A stretch of 63,760 nucleotides of DNA, counting the filler, from Syncephalis fuscata S228 (lineage: Eukaryota > Fungi > Zoopagomycota), in assembly GCA_025786725.1 (NCBI GenBank). It is 5 parts of 5 records of this genome, joined end to end, with 100 filler letters (N's around TTAATTAATTAA, not from the genome) between each part and the next. Parts side by side here need not be neighbours in the genome. Positions count along the whole stretch, not along the records: positions 36,158 to 52,020 come from JAHLTZ010000208.1; 4 more parts are not named here. One strand, written 5' to 3'. The notes below the pieces were generated by a model. The model ran no database searches and was not told where the DNA came from. It worked only from the letters and a program-made list of their open reading frames with translations. The translations under genes and the position numbers were made by a program. Shown here one piece after another: positions 37,432 to 49,392 of this stretch (positions within the stretch are counted from its first letter, which is position 1; every line of letters begins with the position of its first letter).

Positions 37432-40038
37432 TTATGCTGTATTTACAAATAAAAATATTATGTGTCATATAATTAATATATGAGCCATCAATATATAATG
37501 CTACTTACCGTCTGTTAATATTAAATTGTTGATGCGCACAATACATAGATATAATCAGTGAGTAATTAGTTAATACAGAATATTACTTACTGTCTATTAG
37601 TATTAAGTTGTTGATGAATACAGTGTATAACATATAATTAGTGTATAGTCAGCTAACATATAATACAACTTACTTTCTATTATATTAAGTTTTTGATATA
37701 CACAACACATGGTATATAATTAGTGCATATTCAGTTAATACATAATGTTTCATACCGCCTATTAGTATTAGGTTATTGCCACACATAGTGCACAACATGC
37801 AATTAGTGAGTAATCAGCTAATATATAATACCATTTACAATACTCTAATGTTGATTGTTAATAAATACAGTACATGATATAAAATTAGTATATGCTCTAT
37901 TGATATACACTATTACTTGCTATCTATTAATATTAAACAACTAATACCATCAATAAATAGTATAGTTAATGTATAGTCAGTTAATATGCACTGCCACTTA
38001 CCACCTATTAACATTAAATAATTAATGTCATCAGTAAATAGTATAGTTAATATGCACTACCACTTACCACCTATTAACATTAAATAATTAATGCCATCAG
38101 TAAATAGTATAGTTAATGTATAATTAGCTAATATACACTACCACTTACTATCTATTAATATTAATTTTGATGCATACAATGCATAGCAGATAATTGGTCG
38201 GATAGTCAGCTAATATATAATACAAGGGGGGACGTTGCTAGTCCAGTAGGTAAGGCAGCGTCTCCCAAGCTGAAGGCTTCGGGTTTAAACCTCAGTTTGA
38301 AGCAATCCTTAAGTGGAAAATCCCCCCTCCAGTTTTCTCTAGTTAACAAATTGCAAACCAGAACCCAATAAGTAGGCCCAAAAACAAAACCTTGGCTAGA
38401 GTAGTCGAGGAAAAAAACAATTGGGATCAAATTCAAGGGAATAGTGCTGCGTAGCACCATTTAAAAGAAGATGACCCCGCGTGAAATCTATATGGACCAG
38501 ATTTGCGCAAAAACGTGGCAGTCCACCCGTTAAAAGTTTGGAAAAGCCCAAATATAGTGGGAAGCAGCGCAAATTATTTAATTATGTGCAGCGTGGCTCA
38601 CAAGCTCTTCAAAAATAGAAATAAAAATAATATACAATACAACTTACGTCCTGTATTATTTAGTTATTAATGAACACAATACATATTATATAATTAGTGA
38701 ATAGTCAGTTAATATGCAACACAACTTACTGCCTATTAATAAGGTTGTTGATGCATATAATGCATAACATGTAATTAGTGCTAGTCAGTTAATATATAAT
38801 GCAACCTACACCCTATTAATATTAATTAGTCAATGCATATAATACACAGTATATAATTAGTAAGTAATCAGTTAATATACAATACCACTTACCGCCTATT
38901 AAGATTAAATAATTGATACAATTAGTAAATAGCATATTTAATGTATAGCCAAGTGATATACAATACAACTTACTCACTATTAATATCAAACAATTGGTAC
39001 AACCAGTAAATAGCACAGTTAATGTATAGCCAGTTAATATACAATATTACTTACTGCCTATTAATATTAAGCAATCGGTACAATAATTAATTATTATTAT
39101 TAACGTATAGTCAATTAATATACCATGCTACTTACATTCTATTAATGTTTGTTAATACACACAGTACATGGATATAATTAGAGAGTAATTAATAAATATA
39201 TAGCACAACTTACTAGCTATTAATATTAAATTGTTGATACACGCACAGTACATAATATATAATTAGTGAATAGTCAGTGAATATGCAGTGTTACTTACTA
39301 ACTATTCCAGCAGTTATTGATGCACAATGCATGACACAATTAATTTATAAGCCAGCACATACAATGCTACTTACCGCCTATTAATATCAAGTTATTGATA
39401 CACACAGCACATAATATACAATTAGTCAATACTCAGTCAATATATAATATCACTTACATGCTATTAGTATTGATTTGTTGATATACACGGCGCATGATAT
39501 ATAATTAGCGCATAATTAATTAATACGCAATACACCTTACCCTCTATGGCATTAAGTCGTGATATACACAATACATGGTATATAATTAATTTATAATCAA
39601 CTAATATACAATATCGCTTACCGCCTATTAGTATTGAGTTGTTGATACACATGGTGCATAGCATGTAATTAGTGAGTAACCAATAATATACAATACAACT
39701 TACAGTTGCCTAATATTGATTTGTTGATGGATACAATACATGATACATAATTAGTATATGTTTTATTGGTGTGATATGTAATGCAACCTACCAGCTATTG
39801 ATATTTATTTGTTGATGCACACGTTACATGATATATAATTAGTGGGTAATTAATTAACATACAATAACTTACGATCTATTATAATTATTAATTAAAAATA
39901 TTGTTAATAAACAAATGCTATTATGTTTATTGTTATTGTAACATACCACGACGAACTGACTGGATTAGCATCCACCATGGTTGTAGCGGCTATCAAAGCC
40001 ACAACAATGATGCAAACAACGGCAATGGAAAGTTTCAT
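37432..40038 (-). pseudogene. Micro-exon gene 4 (MEG4), 27 exons, 2-nt deletion in exon 1 (pseudogene or assembly error)
   Basis: Exon 1 (40038-39947) is 92 nt rather than 94, giving TG+A stop at the first junction. Twenty-three 3-nt and two 6-nt exons (39704-39709, 37839-37844) read in the paralogue frame give DPGNCEACVTKCMSGCRHSGDKYCENNA*. Confidence 0.75.
38226..38627 (+). mobile_element. tRNA-derived SINE, family A, copy 2, inside an MEG4 intron
   Basis: Colinear with 33166-33555, with an A-rich tail and a 15-bp TSD TAATATA(T/C)AATACAA (38211-38225 and 38628-38642). Confidence 0.92.
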
Positions 40039-43000
40039 GGTGATATTGATTTGTTGAGACAAACAAATAAAAGAGATAGTAGAGTGTGGTTGGTATAGAG
40101 TGGGGAGTAGCGTGTGTTTAGCAAAGAGTAGAGTGTGACGATGATATCGCAGTTGCTTGTGTATATTTTGGAGGCTATTTATACTTACGGCAATGCTGAG
40201 ATGCTAGCATGCTGCAGTATACGAGATATATCATTGATGTGTAATATGAACCAATAAAGCAATCCAAATAATGGTTTAAGGCGCACATGTACCAATAAAT
40301 TCATAATGCGATAACATGCTTCCCAGTCTTGATTTAATCTGCTCGACATTTACACAAATGACAAGGCAATTCCAATAAGCAGTACATATGCAATAGAAAC
40401 ATCTACATTACCCTGTATTTTTTATTACACAATTTAACTATTTGGTGAAAACAAATATATTGTTTGGTTTTGTAAAAACGGTAATGATGTTCTTGCTGTC
40501 ATTTCCACCAAATTACTCGGTCTTCAATATCTGCATGCATACAAAATAGCACACAATATTGACGCAAAAACAAGCTTAATGTATCAGATGGTATTTTATA
40601 CAGGTTTTACTGCCATACATAAGCCAATTATAATTTCTTAAATTATAAAGTGTATTGATTGGTACATGTATGCATTTCATTCGACACTATGCCCATTGTT
40701 ATGAGGTAATCACTGCTTTGAAATCACAAATACATCATATTCAGACATATGATGCTACATGTTGTGCAACTACCATCATTCAAATGGCGGCTAATCCAAA
40801 TCACCTGAAATCGACTATACAATAAGTACTGTTTGTAGCATAATGTATCACAACATTTTGAGCAATGGAACATTCCAACATGTCATTTTCGTTATCATTC
40901 CTACTGTAAACTAGATTGCATCAAATAAATTACACGCAATACAATATTCAGACACTAAACTAGATACAACAGAAAACTCTAGCCAAATATCAGCAATTTC
41001 AAGTGCATAGTGGCTGTGTATTGTACATCAGCCGATAATCATCTAAGGCCTAAGCGCTGTTTACATTTCTGAAACCAATTCTGACAAGTTAAGCAAGATA
41101 GAATATAGAAAAACAAGCCAAAGCAGAAACCAATGGAAAAATAGTTGGCAGTTTAAAGGCTTACTGGTTTAATGATTTGCTATCATTATAACTATGCTAA
41201 GCTAGGCTGCATTTATCAAGAAGTTGGCTGTTGCTAATGCGGCCAAAACAGTAGCAACATTAAACCGAGATAATGCACAGAAAACAGAAAGCATTGTACA
41301 TAGCATTGAATAAAACTGCAAAAGTGTCTATATAATAGTGCAGTTACGTTTATAAAATTAACTTGATAAGCTTTGATAGCTGAATCATAGTTTATTGCCA
41401 CTATATTTTATAATGTTAATTGCTTGTACAAAAAAATATTTGCAAACACGTCTTAAACTTTCTATGTTTATATTTATGTAATTGTTAATTTAATCAAAAT
41501 TCCAAGAATCATCTATTGCTTGCAAGAATAAGTGACTTACATTATGCTGTAAGTTAAAATCAAAATCTTCCTCAACTGGTTGTAGGACTTGGAGGTAGCG
41601 TATACCTCTATATACATAGTATACGGATAGCGTGCACTTAAATTGAGTGCACACATAACTACTCACTTTTTAGAAAACAGTAATTTTTACTATGCTATTA
41701 CTGTATTCACATTCAGATTAATCTTATTGCAATATACATCTTTTACATATCCATCAAAAACGTTTAGTTGATAGAACATTAACTATGGCACCGTTAACAT
41801 TTTTTTAACATATTATTTGCTAAAAAAATAATAGCAAGACTCTCTTCTATACAACCACGCAAGATACTATGTTAGTAAACAATCACTTGACTGTGTTTAT
41901 TGCTGTACATATAGCATTCCTACTCAACCCATAGCTATTGTTTCCGCATTAATTTTGTGATACGCTATTTAATCATATTGTTTAAATATAGTTTCTATTT
42001 CGTAAAAATTACATATTACAACATCACTAACAAAAAATTGTCATTAGCATTTTAGGATACCAGTTTGTTTATGCATACTTCGTGTAACTAAAAGCCTTGA
42101 TAAACTTGAAATTCATTCGCGTCACATTATCTGTACAGGCTGTCTTTTCCCGCGGTCATATGCAGCTGTACACCCTTTGATTTTTTATTTGTTCTAAAGT
42201 GGCATTATTAAATGACGGCATGCATCGGCTATAATAAAGCAAGTGAAAGCAATAGCAGCAGCAGCAGCTTCCATCAGCACGCCATTGCAATCTGATTACC
42301 ATGTGATTCAATTGTATATAATCACGCACGTCATCAAATTCGTGCCAACATCTCCATATTTTATTAATTGTGCGATTTTCCTACTAATTATGCATATCGT
42401 CGTTATTCAGCTCATATGTGGTCTGCAGTTTATCGAAACACATGCTGTACGTAACGGCGGGTATCCATGCCAATGTGCGCGTTCAATGCGTGCTCACATG
42501 CGCGCGCGTGTGATATGTGCGTGCGCGCGTGCGTGGCTGCTTGCGTATGCAGCCAAAAGAAAGAAAGAGAGGAAAGAAAGGGATAAAGGAAGAAAGAGTC
42601 GCTACAATTAATCGAACAGGTGATAGCTATACACGTCGAAATAAATGGTGCAGTGTACATATGAGCGCCCATACGTCAAATTATGTATACGTATATTTGC
42701 ATATACATGTGCTGGTTTGTCTTCGTTGTATGAATTCGAGCATGACACTACACTGCCAACTATCTTCCAATAACTAGTTGTATAAAATTTACTGCTAATC
42801 TAATCATTGGTTCATGTGACAAGATTTATTTGACCAATGTACATCGGAATATTATTCGGCTAATCGCCAATATGTCATGTAAGTGTGTCCTTTGCTCGCC
42901 TTTAGCTACTTGCGTCACAGTATTATTTTAGATATACTCGCCTTTTTCCTCCATTGTTGCATTTGCTGCTACTGCTGCCGTTACTACTTTTGTTCGTCAT

Positions 43001-43243
43001 TATTAAATGTCATTATACATAATTTATTACTAAAGATAATATTCTACGTAAGCACATGCAAACAGTATTTACGTGTATACAACTCCCGAATCAGTTACAT
43101 GTTGCGTTGCATTGCATGTGAACAAACTAGCAATATTCGCATAATTACTATGCTAATGTTTCAACATTTACGTTGTGTTTATGATGTGGCGGCTCTATTG
43201 CTACTGATAATGTACTTCTTGTTGTCCCATGCGTTCTGACCAG

Positions 43244-43350
43244 CACACACACGCACACACACACATACGTCCACTACTTGCCTACAAGCACATACGCACG
43301 CACGCACACACACACACACACTTACAAGCACACACCATACATACGCACGC
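43244..43350. repeat. Imperfect (CA)n/(CACG)n microsatellite
   Basis: Directly visible run of alternating C/A. Confidence 0.9.
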
Positions 43351-44773
43351 TTGTCCCTTTCTTCTTTTTTCACCATTGCCACCTTGTCTGTGTATCCACT
43401 CTTTCATGTTTTACTGGACCACTGACACAGGATTGCGCATGGCTGCATACGTACAACCGCCAATGCATGCGGCCGACCTACTTTGCCCGCACTTTCCAAT
43501 TTGCATCATTTTTACTTTCAAAGGTCGACAAAAATGGCGTGTCCACATTTTCTCAAGCGTTGATTCTTGAATGTCTTCAGCGCAAACTGACCTCATTGTA
43601 CTGATTGTTGTTAGTAGCGGTCACGCTTTGTGGCCATAATACATTTCGGTTGCATTCATCGTTGCTGTCAGCCACTCTTCTGACGTTGTACAACACTCTA
43701 TCATCGGTGTATATCGATACACGGCGATTTTATTCATTACCATGCTTTGTTATTTTGTGCTTATATTGATCATTTGGAGTGGTATACCGGTCGTTTTTAG
43801 TTCATTTCTTCCATTCATCTCTCGTTTTCTTCCTCTCCTGCTTCAATATCCTCTTTTGTTTCGTTCGACTTGTGTCGTTTATACACACATCATCTTTGCC
43901 TAACCGCCAACTACAGCTTCTCGTATCTAATCATTTTGTCATTATATATAAAGTCAACACTTTCCTATTTGTTCAATAAGTTTCAGCTTTATTACAGAGC
44001 GCTCGTACACACAAGCTTGGCGTACGTGCGTTTTCTTTTTTAGAGAAACTTTTTGCCAAAACAGGCCAACTTGTTTTTGCCATTGCTCACCCGCTAGCCG
44101 GTGATATCGCCGCTGCTTGAGCCACACGAATTGGCTAACCAAACCAAATATTTGCCAGTGTAACCGTTTTACACACACACAACACTCCACGCGCACGTCA
44201 TATCCATTTCTGCAATTTGGCAATTATTTACAGACGATTTCTCGTGCGCTAGTTATCACGTGTAGTACAGCACGCGTATTCTCTGTGTAACTACTTTGGT
44301 GGCATTCTTGGGCGCATATGCACTTTTTTGCATGGTTTTGATATTGCACCAAGTAGAAAGATACCATCTGCCGTTGTTGACTCCGTGTGATTGGCTTGTA
44401 AGCATCTAACTGTCCGTGGACCACCTTTTCATCAACCGTTTATTTGCAAGAAATTTACTTTTAAATTCCACCCGATATCGACCATTTAAGAAAATTTATT
44501 AGTTTCAAGTTGTTCTTTATTTGGATAAGCTATTATTGTTTTCTTTAAAATTAGGTAAGCATTGTTTTAATACCGTTCAATAAACAATCTATCATATTGT
44601 TTAATTAAACCGTCATTTAATTAGAAAAAAACTTCAACTAACTGAACTACACCATTATTTATATAATAGATTTTATATCTTTATTGCAACTTGAGTTGAT
44701 AAAGTTATTTCAAGCCTCTTACGTTTGAAACAATTGAGCTTTTCTTTTTTCTTCTTTTTTGATCGGCAAAGGA

Positions 44774-46925
44774 ATGTCCAGTTTTGTTAATCATCAGTCA
44801 CAAATGCGCAAAGTAACAGCACCAACCTATATCGGTTATGTTGATACCGTTCTTGATGCATTGCTGCTTTTTGAAGCATGTAATCTTGGGATACTTGAAC
44901 GGGCCAAGCAACGACCATCGCCGTCAGATCGGGCCCGTTTTATTTGTTCTGGGTCGGTGTTTGTTTGGGATGAAGGCCAAACGGGCATCCGGCGATGGAC
45001 CGACGGGCGAAGATGGTCATCGTCTCGACCAAGAGGCAATTTTATTATCTATCGCGAATTGAGTAATGGGCCATGTCGAGATACGACAAAAGATGTCTCT
45101 GGAGGCAATTCTGCAAGTAGCGGCGAAGAGGAATACATGGCCATGGATGAAACAATGGTGAAAAAGGAACTGCTTGCTGGCTATGCCACTGTTAAACATG
45201 CTAGCAATATTACAAGCAGTATTCGTAATCCAATGTTGATTAAGCCACCATTGGGCGGCAGCCATCCACCCACGGTTGATGCGCCGCTTGGATCGGCACT
45301 TACTTCATCTGGCTGCTTATTGCCGATAAAGCCTGGCGGTTTAACTAAGCGTGCGCTTTCGCTTACCACTCGTGATGGCCGACGTCTTCATTTAATTTCC
45401 TACTATCTCCCTGAAGATGTAGTAGCTGGTAAATTAAGAACGCCAAGCCTAGATCCCGCCCTCTCCAATGTCCGTATTCGTGCTGACATTTATTCACAGT
45501 CTGTGCGTGAGTTGGAGCACTTTTCTGAAAGCAGTATACCGCATAATCCTCTCAGTCCTACTATTCCTACACCTCCCACCACTACACCGCCTACTACATC
45601 TAATACTACTACTACTATTAATACTAGAATTACCTTTCATGATAACCATAGACAATTGCCGGGTAAGTAAATAATACAAAAATAATAATTAATCCATTTA
45701 ATAATCACTAATTCAACAATTTATTATGAATTATATAGCAACCAGTGTGTCTTGTGGATCCTTTGATCGTAACACAGACGTACTTGAAAATAGTCAATTG
45801 AATAGCCATCCTGATTTGTTTATATATACTGATAGGAAGACAAGCTCGCTTCCCTCTAACTCGCCGAGACAATTATCGACAGTTACTAGCTTGCCACCTG
45901 TATCTACTTTGCTACAGCACTCAGTCATGCCAGCTTCTGTTTATCATAACGTACCGAACAGCGATAGATTACAGCCAACGCCGCCACCCAATGCTCATAA
46001 AGTATCTCCTTTGCCATCACCCTATGACCGAACATCTATTCCGCCGATGATAGCGAGGAACCTTCATAGAACAGAAGGATCGGAAACGGCCTCGGTAGCA
46101 TCAACGAGTGCATCACGTTCATATTCACCTTATGAACAGCATTATGGATCGATGGCATCCAATAGCACTTATTTGCCAACAACGCCACCTCATCCTATAA
46201 CAGCAGAATCGGCTAGGCCATCGTTTGTTGACGGCGATACATTGACACATCGCACTGATAATTCCAACTATAACAACACACTGTCTGATTATCAGCATCA
46301 ACATTTATATCACCATCATCAACAACAGCAACAGCAACATAATCGACCATATCAATCCGACTCGACTGCTTTGCCATCTCGTTACCATTTTAATGAAATG
46401 CCTAGCTCATCTGGCTATACACCCGGCACACGTAGACGTGCCTATTCAACCCATTATCCAGGACCTGCGCCTAGAATAGGCAGTGGACATCAGCAGCACG
46501 TTGCAGTTGAACTAGGTATGCCTGAATGTGCCTCGACCATAGCAAGTCAGAGATTACATCTATCGGTCAATATTTCAACTGACCATCCATCCTCTTCACT
46601 TACCGTAACAACAGAGAATGCCGCCTACAGATCATATGCTTCGCCGTCGCTGTCGTCGTCGTCGTCGTCCAACTATCCGTCAAGACCTTCTCCGAAACAT
46701 TCTATGCAGCTGGATAGTCCGCGCTATTTTCCGTCGTCATCCACGCTATCGCCGACGGATCCGCGCTACTATGCATCTGCCACACCCACTACCACCGCCA
46801 CTGGAACTGGTACAACAACGATGCCTATAAGTGAGCCAATGACATTTACTAAATCGTCATCGCCACCAAAAAATCGTTATCATCCTTATGGAAAACCCGA
46901 CGTATTCCAGCCTGCATCGCGATAA
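44774..46925 (+). CDS. Gti1/Pac2 (WOPR) family transcription factor
   Basis: TYIGYVDTVLDALLLFEAC, ICSGSVFVWDEGQTGIRRWTDGRRWSSSRPRGNFIIYRE, GLTKRALS...LHLISYY. One intron at about 45663-45738, then a low-complexity S/P/Q tail. Confidence 0.94.
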
Positions 46926-47696
46926 ATCATCATTCTAAACAACATTATAATGATCGCATAGCATTTTATTACAAGTTTTGCACTTTTTTAGTATTCGCTC
47001 CATCTATACTACTTGGCCTATATCACATCTTGCTTCAATTGTGATGCCATTTTTTACTTTGCATTCTTCTCCTATGTTTGCTCGTTTCTTTCGTTGACTA
47101 TTTAAAATTAGTCATTTATTTTGCTTTTATTTCTTTGCATTTTTATTGATCCGTTGATTATTAACTAGTCCATTTGGCTATCCAGTGGCTTATCATCATA
47201 AATTGAATCGCACCTCACATTTCTGTGTACCGCTTTCGACCCCATTGTGTCGTTGCGTTTCATTCAATGGATATATACATTTAATTTCTCAATACGACTA
47301 TAATGACCATTATTAATTAGTAGCAATTTTAAATGTTTACATTTTATAAAAGACTATCCCAATTGTATTATCTAAACAAATATATATATATTTATTAACT
47401 CCCATCGATTTAAATCGCTACAAACAAAAGGGAAATGAAAGAATACAACTAATGCGTAATTCTTTCATTTAGTATAATATTTGTAGAATCGATAAACACC
47501 ATCGCATAGTAAAGAGAATATGAAAGAATTACCACAATGAAAGATACATTAGCTTAAAAAGCCATATAAATTCCATCGCTGTTGTTGTTGCTATCGTTGT
47601 GATAAAAGAAACAAAAGATAGTAAACGTGCAGGCGTGGATATTTGTATAGTTGATTGGTTAAAATATGCTATATTAAAACCAAGTAATCGCGCGTA

Positions 47697-49392
47697 CTAG
47701 TGCATACCGACCACAACATCGGGCCAGGTTTGACGAATACGTTCAAATAGTTCAGGCTTAGTACGTGCTAGTGCCATTGGATCTTCGGCTAATGCAACAA
47801 ATGTAGATACAACACCGCTATCAATTACACCGCATACCAAGGACATCATCGCAATGCCAATAAGGAAACAAGCAATGACAGCTATAATGACATAGGTCGA
47901 GTTTCTAGCTATAAAGTCGTCCTTCTTGGCTAGCAGATAAAGATAACCAATGGTGCCGGTAATTACACCAATAAGTAGCGAACCAATACCCAATACGTTA
48001 CCGATCAAATTGTCGTTGATAATGGCTTCAACACCACGATTCTTGATCATTGACCAGGTATCTTTGGCAGCTTGGCAGAATGGCTTGCCGTAGATGGCCA
48101 CTTGAGCAAATGCATACCGGTTAAAGTACTCGATCAATGCTTCAATATAGGCAAGAAGGCATGCAAAAAACATGCAACAAAGCCATAATGCCGTCATCAG
48201 ATTCGGCCAGACCACGTACAACAGCTCGTATCGTTTGAACAATCGCAATAATCAATGAACCAAAGCAGATACTGCCAAAGGCTGAAGTAACAGCACGTTT
48301 CAAGCTGCCTAGCGTAATGGAACCAGTTGGCATTTGTGCAGTACCTTCAAGGAAATAGAAGGTACCGAAAACGCCACAAACTGTAACATGGATGATATTA
48401 GACAATACTTGACTTGTCCAGTAGAGAGATAATAAACAAAAGACAAATACAACGTAGGCAACCGCGGGTAGACTACCGCCAGTACATCTTTGTTCTTGAC
48501 GATTACCAACTCTAACCGTGGTACAGTTCTGGCTTTGTTTGTCAAATAAGGCAAACGAGCCGGTGGCCGTAATGATCCATAAGAAAATCCAACCCATTTG
48601 GAGTATTAATCCACCAATAGAAACGCCGATAGTACCGCCGTATTTGCGTGTAACACTGCATACAGTTTCTAGCATAAGAGCTGCAAATGGAATACGTGAT
48701 CTCCATAACCAAAACATAAGCATGTTAAGTAGACCTAGAATGATCATAACGATGGCGCCGATAGTTGATTTCATTATAAACAAGAGAGCTGCTTGAACGA
48801 AATACAAAAGAATAGATAAAGCAAATGTAATCTTGATCATAGGTCCAGCAAATCTATCAGTAATTGATTAGCTATAATAAACAATAATCCATTATTATTA
48901 TTCGACTTACCGTTGCATGGCTAGCAAATAGACCATACTGAGAATAAAAGCGATAACTGCAGCCACAGCCAACATAATAAAGAACTCAACCATATCATTA
49001 CTGCTGTTGCCATTTTGAGTCTTTGGAACAATGCCAGTAGTAGATTTAAATCCTTTAGGCACGGCAAATGCAGCCAGTACAATAAAGCCGGCCAAATGGA
49101 TAATAAACACTATAGCTGCCCACAGATCATTGAATCGTGTTTTGTTAGAGAACTTTTCTCCATCATTGTAGGCAGTCGACGATTGAGGTGGAGGAGCATA
49201 CGATTGGTGTTGCTGCTGATCGTATGATTGATATTGTGGTGGTGGTGGACCTGTTTGATAAGCCTGTTGCTGTTGATACTGTTGTGGTGGCTGTTGGCCA
49301 TAGTAATTCATTTGCTCGGGTGGAGGCGGAGCGGAATAATAGTTATGCTGCGGTGGTGGAGGTGGAGGAGGTTGTTGCCCATAGTAAGCCAT
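47697..49392 (-). CDS. PNS1: Pns1 / choline transporter-like (CTL) membrane protein
   Basis: P/Q-rich N-terminus, FNDLWAAIVF, WRSRIPFA, FGSICFGSLIIA, EYFNRYAFAQVAIYGKPF, AAKDTW. Frameshift at poly-T runs near 48165-48182. Confidence 0.9.

Noticed and set aside
39901-40098. Plus-strand 65-aa ORF
   Set aside because: It is the antisense shadow of MEG4 exon 1.
42243-44424. Cluster of overlapping short ORFs on both strands
   Set aside because: They derive from CA/GT and CG microsatellite-like, low-complexity sequence and show no domain or consistent splice pattern.
47697-48840. Programmed frameshift or split gene in Pns1
   Set aside because: Adding one T to each of two poly-T runs restores MAFVACFFACLL, and similar errors occur in AspRS.
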